From contig JAHRHZ010000081.1 of the NCBI GenBank assembly GCA_024137785.1, forward strand, positions 7,372,898-7,436,897: a DNA stretch of 64,000 bases. Reading direction: 5' to 3'. The notes below the pieces were generated by a model, which ran no database searches, was not told the origin of the DNA, and saw nothing but the letters and a program-made list of their open reading frames with translations. Source of the DNA: Ginglymostoma cirratum (lineage: Eukaryota). The position numbers were made by a program, and so were the translations under genes. Below, in pieces: positions 50,751 through 62,547 of this stretch (within the stretch, counting starts at the first letter, position 1; the number at the start of each line of letters is the position of its first letter).

Positions 50751-53130
50751 TGTAAAGCAATGGAAATGCTTTTCGGTACAATAATTGCTGTAATTCTACA
50801 AAATACAAAAGACTAAAACCACTTCCTTGCAAAGGATTTATTTTTGTGTGAATTTGTCCACTGCATTGTAGCTATCTCCAGCAACTATGTTTCACCTACT
50901 TATGGAAATGCCTTGAATTATTTTGGATGGCAGTGGTGTGAACAAGCACACCTACTTCATGTGAAGATATTTCCCACAAATTTTGAAAGTGACTGATTTC
51001 AGATTTTATTCGAATTTCTGGTTTTATTCATTTCTTAAACCGATAGAGAATATCGGCATTTAAATTGAATTACTGGTGTTAAACTATTAGTCTTTCTTAT
51101 AGAACTTGGGAATTACGTTTGAAGAAACTCTTCTTCTTTTATATATGTGACAAGATATTGAAGATTCTGATGTTGGCAAATTTATCTTCAGTGTAACTCA
51201 GTTGTACTCTTCATCCTTTGGCTAATAGTTCACAAAAAACTGTCTGCATGTAGAATGTACAAAACAGAAACAGACCGTTTTGGCCAATCAGAACATTTTG
51301 GCATTTACTCTTAAGCCTCCTCCTATCCTTTCTCATCCAACTCTCATCAAGATTTCTAGATGTGGAGTGTAAAATTCTTTATCATCGCCTATATGTAGGT
51401 TGGAGATAAAACTGATTGAGCTGATGTTATGGAGTACAACACGGAGTTCTTCTTTAAAGATTGTTAATCTTGACCCCCCCCCCCAAAAAAAAACTTCTTG
51501 ACCAGATACCATTTTCCTAATGTGGGACGACTTTTAGCAGGCTCATATGTGAGGCTTACATGCCTGTATGAAACAAATCTGGGGAACCCATCCATCCTGA
51601 AGCAGTTAAATAATTAATGACTAAAAGGACTTGGGTGGTTTTTAGATTGGTCTAACATCAGCCGGTTGAGCACAATCAACCAGGATTGGTAATCAACTTC
51701 CAATCCAGCAACTGGGTTTTCCAGCAAATGTGTGGACATAAGTAAAAGAGAATAACTGTCTTCTCTGCTGGTATCTAATACTTTGGCCACACTGGCTTTT
51801 ATATCTCCTCATCGTTGTCTCTGAGAAACAAAAAGTGACTTTAACTGACTGAGATTATTTGTTAGTCCAACCATTTTGAATGCAGCAAAATCTAAGCATG
51901 GCTGAGAGTCCTGCTCATTCTTGAGCACAAAAGTTCTACATGACAGGCGGGATGTTGTCAGGCTCTGCACCCTTTGCTGTATCAACTGCTTTGAGCTGTT
52001 TTGGATGTCACTTTAAGTGAATTAACCTTGAGATGAATGAAGATTTTCTCCAGCGATGGGTTATCCTCTCGATGCATCTTACTGAGGATGGTTGTAATTG
52101 ATTCAATATTGTCTTTAAACACACTCACACTGAACTTCATCAGTGAGGTTCAGGATGTTGTGAAGGCTTCTCCTGCTGTTACTGGTTTAGTTTAATTGCC
52201 TAAGCCCATTCATGACTGAATGTTATATTGATGCAGAGCCTTGATCTGGTCCTTTGGTTGCAGGAGCATTAACTTTGTGTAATATGCTATTTCCGCTGTT
52301 TAATATGTATGTAATCTTCTGTTGTGGCTTCAGGTTGACATCTCATTTTTAGCTATGTCTTGTAGATATGCTTTCCTACATGCCAAGATTGGTTCCCTGG
52401 CTCGATGTCAGTGGTAGGTTGAGAAAAATGCCAGTCATGAGGTTACAGGTTGTGGTGCAATGCAACTTGTTGATGGCCTAAAATGCTTCATGGATGTCTA
52501 GTTGTGAGCAGGGCTAGATTTGAGTTAATTTGTTTTAAATCTATTCTATTTAACACGGTGGATCTTGAGCCAGAGAGTAAGGTCATAGTTTGCTGTGTTG
52601 CACTGACCCTGCACTCCTATTTACTGATGATCTACATGCACCTCACAGCACTGGAGAGTGCAGCAGAACTGCCTTTGCAAGATCCTCCAAATCAGATGAT
52701 AACAGAAACAGTCCAAGAGTGACATCTTTTTTCCTGTCAACCTGCCCAGCATTGAAGTGATAATTACACAAAACCAGCTGAAATAGCAGGAGAGGAAGCA
52801 AGTAATCCTTGATGTTGAAAGACTGCTGAAGGAGAAGGGAATGATGTCTCCATGATGAGTAAGTCAATTAGGGCGAAACGAAATAGAATTTTCTAACATG
52901 TTGGGTTTTGCACCACCTGTGACCTGAGTCCAGCTTTCCAGTATCATTCAAGGATTGGTCATTAGTGGTGATAGTAAACCACAGTTGGTGATGGCTGTTA
53001 CAGATTGATGCAGTGCAAAAGGAGGCTGTATGACCCATTGTGTTTGTCAGCTGTCCAACCAAGCATCTCATTTAATGTCATCAGATCTTCTCTCAGTCTT
53101 CTCTTCTCCAAGGCAATTAGTGTCATATAT

Positions 53131-53473
53131 AGATAACAAGGTGCAGAGCTGGATGAACACAGCAGGCCAAGCAGCATCAGAGGAGCAGGAAAGCTGATGT
53201 TTCGGGTCTAGACCCTTCTTCAGAAATGGGGGGAGGGGAAGGGGATTCTGAAATAAATTGGGAGAGATGGGGAGATGAATAGAAGATGGACTTTCTATTC
53301 CCCTCCCCCTATTTATTTCAGAATCCCTTTACTCTCCTCCCATTTCTGAAGAAGGGTCTAGACCCGAAACGTCAGCTTTCCTGCTTCTCTGATGCTGCTT
53401 GACCTGCTGTGTTCATCCAGCTCTGCACCTTATTATCGCTGATTATCCAGAATCGGTAGTTCCCACGATCTCT
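53131..53473. mobile_element. Family A fold-back element with a degenerate 14 bp TSD
   Basis: Arms about 53131-53285 and 53293-53437; AATTAGTGTCATAT 53115-53128 and AATTAGTATCATCT 53475-53488; intact hammerhead core at 53346-53373. Confidence 0.9.
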
Positions 53474-53499
53474 GAATTAGTATCATCTGTAACTTTTGA

Positions 53500-54090
53500 A
53501 ATGATGCCTTATATACCAAGGTCTAGATCACTAACATAGACCAACACTGACCCTTGAGCAACTACAAACCCACGACAAAGCTTCCTACTGCCTGGTAAAC
53601 ATCTACCAATTATTGCTCCCTATTCCTATTAGTTAGCTAATCTTGTATCCATGTTGCGACTGGCCCTTTTATTCAATGAGCTATAATTTTGCACAAAATC
53701 TATTATGCAGCTCTTTGTAAAATGCCTGCTGGAAATCCGTGTATCCCATATCAACAGCATTGTCCTGATCAACCTTCTCTATTATCTCTTCAGAAAAGCT
53801 TATAAGTTTTCCCAAATATAACTTTCCTTTTTGAAATTCATCCTGGCTATCCTTAACCTCAATTTGCCCAAATGAACAAATACTTCTGTTTTCAATTATT
53901 GTTTCTAGAAATGTACCGAAGTTAAGCTGACTGATCTGTAGTTGTCATGTTTGTCCTTGCCCCCTTTCTTGAACAAAGGGATAATGTTTGCAGTTCTCCA
54001 GTCCCCTGGTGCAATCTGTGAGGTTAAGGAAGACTGAAAAATTGTTGCTGATGATTCTGTTTTTTTTCCATTCTCACTTCTCTTAGTAAC
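53500..54090 (-). mobile_element. CR1 LINE RT fragment
   Basis: ORF 53905-54108: IFQSSL...PGDWRTANIIPLFKKGGKDK.DNYRSVSLTSV. Confidence 0.85.
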
Positions 54091-54519
54091 TTTGGATGTA
54101 CTCACCATCCTGACTTGGAAACATGTCTCAATGATACTGAAGGAACAGTGATAAACTCCTTAACAATATCATGAGTATACCTACAGCACAAACTGCAGTG
54201 GTTCAAGAAGGCAGCTCAGCATCTTCTCAAGGGAAACCGGGGATGGGCAATAAACATTGGCCCAGCCAGCGACATTCATGTCCCACAAGTGAATGTATTT
54301 TAAAAAAAGACTCATCTGTTCCCAAAGCGTTGTCAGCTTCGAGTGCAGGCAACCTTTCTAAAACTACCAAAGCCTCAATTTTAAACTCTTCCAGTGACTG
54401 AATTTCCTCTTGTTTCAGTATGGTCTAGTTAGCATCATCACCCTTGATGATAACAGTTGCTAAGTAATTTGATAAATACATTGAAGGGAAGAGGTTAACC
54501 GGGGAAAGAGTAAGACCCA

Positions 54520-56876
54520 TAAGATAACAAGCAGACAGCCTCCGTTTGAAGCAGCAGGATATTGTAAAGGGTTTGAATGGATACTTTTCTTCAGTCTTCA
54601 GTCTGGAAAAGGATAATGTAGATATAGAATTTAGAAAAATGGACTGTGAGGAACTTGCACAGTTTGACATAGGAAATGGAGAGGTGTTGGAGGCTCTGTC
54701 AGGCTTAATATCGACAAATCCCCCGGCCTGGATGAATTACATCCCAGGCTGCTGTGGGAGGCGAGGCTGGAAATTGCAGGGGCACTGCCACAAATTTTTA
54801 ATTCCTCACTGGCCTCGAGGGAAGATGCCAGAGGACTGAAAAACAGCTAATGTGGTTCCACTTTTAAGAGGGGCGGTAGAGACGAACCAGGAAATTACAG
54901 ACTGGCGAGTTTCACATCATTGTTAGGGAAACTGTTGGAGAAAACTCTGAAGGAGTGAATTAATATCGACTCAGAAAGGTATGAGTTAATTACGGATAGT
55001 TAGGAGGTGGTTATGGGTACATCAGTAGGAAGGGTTTAGAGGGATATTCACCAAATGCTGGCAAATGGGACTGGATTAATTTAGGATATCTCGTCGGCAT
55101 GCAGAAGTTGAACCAAAGGGTCTGTTTCCATGCTGTACAAGTCTATGACTCTAAGTACTTTAAGGTAATCAGGCAGAGTCAACATGATTTTGTTATAGGG
55201 AAATCATATTTAACTAATTTTTGGAGTTCTTTTGGAGAAGTACCTTGTGCTATAGGTAAAGGCAACCAATATATGTATTGTATTTAGTTTCTCAGAGGGC
55301 ATTTGGTAAGATGCTACATCAAAGGGCATTGTGGAAAATAGAAGCTTATGATACAGAAAGTAACTTGCATGGTTAGGAGATTGGCTAATAGAAAGCAGAG
55401 AGTAGGAATGAATGGACCTTTGTTAGGCTGGCTTGAGTGACCCACGAACTGGTGTGGGACGTCAAATTTTTGCTGTTAGTATAAATGATTTCGATGAAGG
55501 GTTTGAAATGTAGCTAAATTTGCTGATGCGATCAAGATAGCTAGGAAAGTGAGTTGTAAAGAGGACATGAGCCTACAAAGGGCTATAGATTGTACTCCAT
55601 TTGCCACATCTTTGTCATTCACAATGTGGAAAAGTGTGAAATTGTCTATTTTAGTAGAAATAATTTAAAAGCACTTGTTACCTAAACGGTGAGAAGGTGC
55701 AGAGCTCAGATGTAAAGAGATCTGGATGTCCTAATGCGTGAATCAGTGTTAACATGCAGGTGCAGCAAGTAATCATGAAAGGTAATAAAATGTTGTTTCC
55801 TTGAGGGAAATTGATTGCAAGAGTTAGAGAGGTTGTGCTTCTGTTATATAGTGCATTGGTGAGAATGCATCTGGAGCACTGTACAGTACTTGTCACCATA
55901 CTTGTGGAAGGATGTTAATGTATTGAAAGCAGTTCAGAGAAGGTTTACTAGACTAATAATTGGACTGAGCAAATTACCTTAAGGAAGGCTCAACAGACTA
56001 AGCTAATATCCTCTGGCATTTAAAAAAGTGACAATTGAAACAAACAGGGAGGCCGCAAGTATACTTGGAAGGGCTGGGAGAGTGGGCCAAGAAATGGCAG
56101 ATAGAATACAATGTGGGAAAGTGTGAGATTATGCACTTTGGAGGAAGCATAGAGGTAATAGACTGCTTTCTAAACAGGAAAGGCTACGAAAATGTGAAGC
56201 ACAAAGGGACTTGGACGTCCTAGTTCATGTTTCTCTTGGCTGTTAGGAAGGTAAATGCATTTTTAGCATTCATTTCAGGAGGGCTAGAATGCAAGAGCAA
56301 AAATGTACTGCTAAGCCTGTATAAGACTCTATTCAGGCCTCCTTTGAAATATTGGAAGCAGTTTTGAGCCCCCTATCAAAAGGATGATGTGCTGGCATTG
56401 GATGGGGTTTAGAGGAGATCTTGGGGATGAAGGCCTTGTCATATGAGCAACAGCTGGGGACACTGGGTCTAAGCTGGATGGAGTTTAGGAGGAGTAGGGG
56501 GAGATCTGATTGAAACTTATGGAATACTGAGAGGCATGAATAGGGTGGACGTAGAAAAGATGTTGCCGCCAGTAAGCGAGAGCAGGATCTGAGGGCACAG
56601 CCTCAGTGAAAGGATGACCATTTAGAAAGATGAGTAATTTCTTCACCCAGAGGGTCTTCAATCTGTGGAACTCATTGCTGCAGAAGGCTGTGGAGGCCAA
56701 GTCACTGAGTGTATTTAAGACAGAAAAAGATAGTTTCTTGATTGGTAAGTGGATCAAGGGTTACGGGGAGAGGCAAAAGAATGGGGTTGAGAAGTATATC
56801 AGCCATGATTGAATGAATGGCTGAGCAGACTCAATGGACCAACTGGCCTAATTCTGTTTTTATGCCTTATGGTCTT
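54520..56876 (+). mobile_element. Cluster of nested CR1 LINE fragments
   Basis: LNGYFSSVF, QSQHDFV.GKSYLTN, EWAKKWQIEYNVGKCEIMHFG, NFFTQRVFNLWNSL; 3'UTR ends near 55150 and 56875. Confidence 0.85.
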
Positions 56877-56929
56877 ACATAAGATCCTAAGGGAACCTGA
56901 CCAGATGGATGTGGAAAGGATGTTTCAAA

Positions 56930-57620
56930 GAACAGTACCGTATAGAAACACGCTGTTTGGCCCACTAAGCCTGTGCTGACAAGTGATGCTTTGTTAAACT
57001 AAAAGCCTTTTGTCTCTACGCAAGCAGTGTCCCTCCATTCCCTCCCCGTTTCTGTATCTGACAAGATGCCTCTAAATGTTGCTATTGTATCTGCTTCTAC
57101 CGTGTCCTCTTGCAGCACATTCCAGGCCTTAACACCCGCGTGTGAAAGAGGACTTGCCTCTCACATCTCCTTTAAACTTCCCTTTTTCACCTTAAACCTA
57201 TGTCCCCTAGTAAGTGACATTTCTACCCTGGGAAAAAGACTCCAACTATCCATGCCTGTCAATATTTTGCAAACTTCTAACAGGTCGCCCCCTCAACCTC
57301 CACTGATCGAGTGAATACAGTTTGTCCACTCTCTCCTCATAGCTAATACCTTTAACCCTGGCAACATCCTGGTAAACCTTTTCTGTATCCTCTGCAAAGC
57401 CTCCACATACTCTGATAGTGTGGCGACCAGAACTGTATGCAGTATTCCATATGAGGTCTCAGTTCTATACAGTTGCAACATGCCTTGCCAGTTTTTATGC
57501 TGTACATCCTGACCTGGATCCCTCTGCATGTTAATGCTTCTAAGAGTTCTTCCATTTACTGTATACTTCCCTCCTGCATTAGAATTCCAAAATGCACCTT
57601 GCATTTGTCCCCACTAAATT
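56930..57620 (-). mobile_element. CR1 LINE 3' part
   Basis: RPHMEYCIQFWSPHY and VEALQRIQKRFTRMLPGL in minus-strand ORFs. Confidence 0.85.
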
Positions 57621-58655
57621 CCTACCTACAGAGCACATTTATTGCCCTTGCCATTCTGCTACTTCTAACTGGTGCTCAGCTTAAAGGTGTACTGAATCAT
57701 TAACAGGGAGTGTGTAGGTAGTAATCAGGAGATTGCCCTGTCAGAGGATCTGGTGTCTGTGTGGGCTTTCATCATTGTTTCCTACTGTTCTGCCTCTTCT
57801 GGCAGGCCGGTTCTGATGGGAATGAACATACTGAGGATGTTGATGGAGAAATCTGGGATATTAGGTTAAATATATGATTCTGAGAGTGTGACACCATCGT
57901 GTTGTTGCTTGACTTGTGTTTTCTTGGCACAAGTTCCGCAGATGGTAGCCGACTTTACTGGGCGATGTGCAAATTTGCCATGTCTGGTGCCTAAATCAGT
58001 GCCAGATGTTTTATTCTTACACTCATTTCCGTTGTAACTTGGTACGACTGAGTGGGTTGCTAGACCAGTTGAGGTCAGCTGTTAAGAGTTGACCACATTT
58101 CTGTAGATTTGGCATTCCGTAGAGGCTGGGGGAATTTATAGACCATTGGGCTGAAAATTGCGCAGCTAATTTTGCTGTGGCACTCCCTAAGCTGTTGCTG
58201 TCAGCTAGGATTAATTGATCACTGCCTTGCACAGCTCCAGCCTCGACCCAACTACACCTGTTGTACATTCTCCCCTGACATTACCCAAGGCCCTTCCTGC
58301 CTCACTGGTTGCAGGGGTTGAGAGCTGGGTGTGCAGTCATCTTTAGCAATGCTGCTGGCAGACGCAAGCTGAAATCAGTGCTCCTGACAGCTGCTGCTTC
58401 AAACATGCTGCTGTGACACAGCAGCTCCAGCTAAATACAAAGTGGGGGTAAAGATGCAGGGAGGCAGGGACAATGGTCAGAAACAGGTAGGAGAACTCCC
58501 AGGTTGGCATCACTTGTTTTAACTGAGAATTCTGACTGCATTTGTCATAGTAACTGCATAATAAACCCCCTTTTGGAAGCATAGGGAATTGAAGTTCCAT
58601 AGTTTCTATAATGGATAATAACACTACTCTTATTTTATCCGATTTCTCTTTTAAG

Positions 58656-58716
58656 GGACACGGCGGGTCAAGAAAGATTCCGTACAATCACGACAGCATA
58701 TTACAGAGGAGCTATG
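58656..58716 (+). CDS. RAB8B: RAB8B coding exon 3 ([21 protein letters not shown]), 61 nt
   Basis: Acceptor tttctcttttaag, donor GTAAGC; G3 motif DTAGQE. Confidence 0.97.
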
Positions 58717-58951
58717 GTAAGCATGTACAGCCTGCTCCTTCAAGGTCGACTAAGTTAAAACTTTGTCACATGTTTCAATAGTTTCTTATGTTCCTCCGTG
58801 TTAAATTTTGTTTCCTAACACTGAAGTAGCTTGTGACATTTTACTCTAATGAAGTCATTGTTGGAATGCCAAGTTCTGATTTACATGGAAGAAGCAAGGT
58901 AGAAATGTACTCTGTATAATCTAAGCTGTTTGGTTTGTCATGTGTTTCCAG

Positions 58952-59029
58952 GGAATAATGTTGGTGTATGACATCACAAATGAGAAGTCATTTGACAACA
59001 TAAAGAACTGGATAAGGAACATTGAAGAG
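58952..59029 (+). CDS. RAB8B: RAB8B coding exon 4 ([26 protein letters not shown]), 78 nt
   Basis: Acceptor tgtttccag, donor GTGAGT; NIKNW is the RAB8B form. Confidence 0.97.
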
Positions 59030-61490
59030 GTGAGTTTACTTTGTTGAAGACATTAAGATTTTGTCTGCATCAACCAGTTCATGCATTCTCTTGATTTCCA
59101 CAGGCCAATTAATGCTGAGATAACAAGTTGTAATTTACAACTATTGAATCATTTTTAATGGCTCTGAGATGGTTATTGTCAATGAATGGGGAAGTAGTTT
59201 GAAAATGGTGAGCATTATTTTAAGTGAAATGGACTGGTGGGCACCGTGAGGGGCATGTTATTTATAACCTCTATTTCCAGACATGAATTGAACATCATGC
59301 AAGGAACATGGTATTAGATCTTTCATGTAATACTTTTAGAGTTTCAGTGGCATAAAATGGGCCATTTTTCACTTTCTTTCCATAAAGGCAGGTGTAAAAA
59401 AAATTCCCTTTCTGGATTTGCTAAGATTCAGAGTGGCAGGGGCTTTATTTAGTCTTTGGATGTACTTTTTTAAGGGGAAATAGATTGAGTTGTGCAATGT
59501 TACCTCCAAAACTGGTTTAAAATCCCAGTAAATCCACGTCTGGTCAAGATACTGTGGAAACACCATATGGTTAAACTTGACTTTGTGCTGATTTAATTGA
59601 TGCTAGGCCAAAGATCACTTTATTGGGTCGGTAGGCTGAAGATTGTGCCTGCTTTGTGGCACAAACCAATCCAGAGTATATGCAGGAACTTCAGACACAA
59701 ATCTGTACCCTGTGGTCTATTGCAGTTGGGAATGGCTGGTTTAGGATGAGCAAAAAGTAGCATTTTATTGAGCCTGTAGTGACAGACAATCATAGAAATG
59801 CAAACCCCAGGTGGCATTGAGAATTTCAGTAGATAACAACAGAATTTCATTTATTCAATAGTGTCTCTGTTTAGAATACTTGATGCTTGCATTGGACATT
59901 GATGAGAAATGCTTTGACTTCATCACTTTAAACCTTTGTTTGAGCACAAAAATGCATTTCTGTAGAAACAAATTGTGATTTAGTTGTCGTCATTTTTCTC
60001 CCTGACCTCAGTTTTTGAACTGACATTTCTCTTGTAGAAATGGGGGTTTGTTAGTGGTTAGCATTTTTATCTTATTGGCTAATTTTACATATCCTCACAT
60101 TTTAGGGCAGTAAATTACTTTTTATTATATTTTAATTTAAATTAATGCATTACATCTTAAAATTCACTTGTTGCAGAAGGAGTGGTTCAAATGTTGCTGC
60201 CCAAGTATTCTCCTCCTCCTAGTACTTTTGCCCATTGATTGCTTATGTGCACCCATGAAGCAATTAGAAGTATTGATGTCCTTGCATTGCTGAGCCCCCT
60301 AACTGCTGTCCTCAACGGGGTAAAGAAAGGAACAGTAGACCCTTGAGTCTTTTGAACCTATTTCTCAGTCACTTCAATTCATTTTCTTCAGTTCACAACT
60401 TTAAATCCTGTTCACGCAAGCCATCTTGCATTCTTGTTTTCCCAATATTTTTCTGAATTTGGTAGGAGTGTGAACTACAGAGAAGAAATCTGAGGGTGTT
60501 GTTGAGTATCTCACTGAAACCAACAGCAGTTGTATAATCACAGTAATGGAAGACAAACTGGATCTTAGGACTTTTGCCAAGGCACACGTCTCTGCAGACA
60601 GGAGAATGGCCACAGTTGAAGCGCAGTATGCAATTCTGGCCAGCGTAGTAAGCAAAGATACGAAGGGCAGTTCAGAAATAGACACCGAACCAGATGTCCA
60701 GTTAATGGAGTGTTGAAGAGCTTGCAATTGATTGCTGAAAAGTAATTTCTTTGCCAAAGTAAGCAAGCATGAAATTCAAAATTCTGAAGTGAGTAGACGA
60801 ATTGAATTTTCATTTAGCATTGGAATCTTCCCAACTGACTTGCCATGTTTTGGTTTTGTCTCTAACCTGTGAAATTCTAAGTCTCATCGTTAACATTTCT
60901 ACTACCTCATCATGCCACAAAATTTCATAAATGAACGCCCTTTAATGTTATGCTTTGATGGAAGTTTATAGTTTAGGTAGGCCGCTTTTGAGTTTGTGAT
61001 GGCATTTGCTGCAGTATGGATAGTGATGCCTTGTTAAGTTTGCTACTGAGTAATTGCCCAGTTTAAGGTTAACCTTTTTATTCAATGCTCGAGCATAGTG
61101 ATATTGAGAGAGTATTGCTATTGTTTAGATACAAATTGAAAACACTACATAATTCACTGGAGATAGCAAGAATGATTTTCTGTCACCTCCTTCGTGTTAG
61201 AACAGTTTGTACATCAATGAAACATATTGCCGATTTATAATGGAGCCATTTTATCATTTACTTTGCATTTTGTGCGAGAACAGCTGCAAGTACCAACTGA
61301 GATAGGATGTGAGCTTTGCTGCTTTGAAACTGCATATGTCTCCTGAAGTAGAAAGCTGTACATTGTGATGTAAATTACCAATATGTAGCCTTTTTATATC
61401 ATTTGGAATCCCAACAGATGAGAGGATTTAAAATTGATCTAGATGAATTTTTACTTGGGATTTAAACGTGGTGTCTTTATACCTTCTCAG

Positions 61491-61580
61491 CATGCTTCTT
61501 CAGATGTGGAAAGGATGATCCTGGGCAACAAGTGTGATATGAATGAGAAACGACAGGTCTCAAAGGAACGAGGAGAGAAG
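61491..61580 (+). CDS. RAB8B: RAB8B coding exon 5 ([30 protein letters not shown]), 90 nt
   Basis: Acceptor accttctcag, donor GTAAGG; G4 motif NKCD; HASSDVERM is the RAB8B form. Confidence 0.97.
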
Positions 61581-61690
61581 GTAAGGCTGTAAGAAATTGG
61601 TCAACCAATTTAAAAGTTGAGTACTGTGGCTTGGGTGTAAATTGCCCTTATTCAATCTGAAGTTTATAATCCTTATCATTGATTTTCCAG

Positions 61691-61756
61691 TTAGCAATAG
61701 ATTATGGGATTAAATTCCTGGAGACCAGTGCGAAATCCAGCATAAATGTTGAAGAG
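61691..61756 (+). CDS. RAB8B: RAB8B coding exon 6 (LAIDYGIKFLETSAKSSINVEE), 66 nt; the gene continues past the window end
   Basis: Acceptor gattttccag, donor GTAAGA; G5 motif ETSAK. I found no exon for the C-terminal helix or CAAX box before 64000. Confidence 0.97.
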
Positions 61757-62547
61757 GTAAGAGTTTGTAAATTTTGACATGCTAATCTCATTGACAAATT
61801 TACACACATGGTATTTATTTCCCATCCTTAATTGCCCTGAAGAAGGTGAGGATGAGCTGCCGCCTTGAGCCACTGCAGTCCGTGTGAGTGTTAAGGCCAT
61901 ACTGCTGTTAGGATGAGAGTTCCAGGATTTTGACTACTGGCAGTGAGGGTATGGCAATGTATTTCCAAGTCAGGATGGTGTGTGACTTTTTAAACCTTCT
62001 CTTTTATCCTGACAGTCTGACTGTCTAACTTTCCTCTTCTCCCTTCGGATTACCTACCCATCAACCTGTCACCTTAAGCTCGCCACATCATCCTGACGTT
62101 TTTTCGTACAGGTGCTGGCTCTCTGTTCTCGAGGGCAAGTTGGGGGTGGGCAGTAAATTTGTCAGTGATCCCAAGAACAAAAAAAAAATCCACGTTGAAC
62201 TCTCCTCCTTGCTCCCATCTGCAGCTGCTTATTCAACTTTAAAATCTGGATAAACAAGAATCTCCTTTGGATCATTGCTGACACTGAAGATGATCTCCTG
62301 GATCTTAATTTGCTGGCTTCCACCTCAACCTCAGACCACAGCTGTGAAATCTTTCCTATACTTTTCTGACCCACATTAAGTATGTCATGTGGTCCCACCT
62401 CTTCTGCCCTGCTGCACTTAAGCTTCTTTATCCCCCTCCGACCCACCCCCTCCAAAAAAATTACTTGAGTCTCCTCTGATTTGTCCTATTTATTGGAAAC
62501 CCCTCTATCTATAAACCCTTTTCCTACTTTCAGCAGGCACTGAGGTA

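Noticed and set aside
49417-50816. Several overlapping ORFs of up to 231 aa as host genes
   Set aside because: They are alternative frames and antisense frames of the PLE; the real endonuclease frame in this copy is frameshifted and has a stop.
125-53473. Dispersed repeats as a CRISPR array or prokaryotic IS/terminator hairpins
   Set aside because: The DNA is eukaryotic and intron-containing; the repeats are dispersed, lack regular spacers and link to PLE coding sequence.
4908-61756. Calling the gene RAB8A, RAB10 or RAB13
   Set aside because: Diagnostic residues ([44 protein letters not shown]) match RAB8B.
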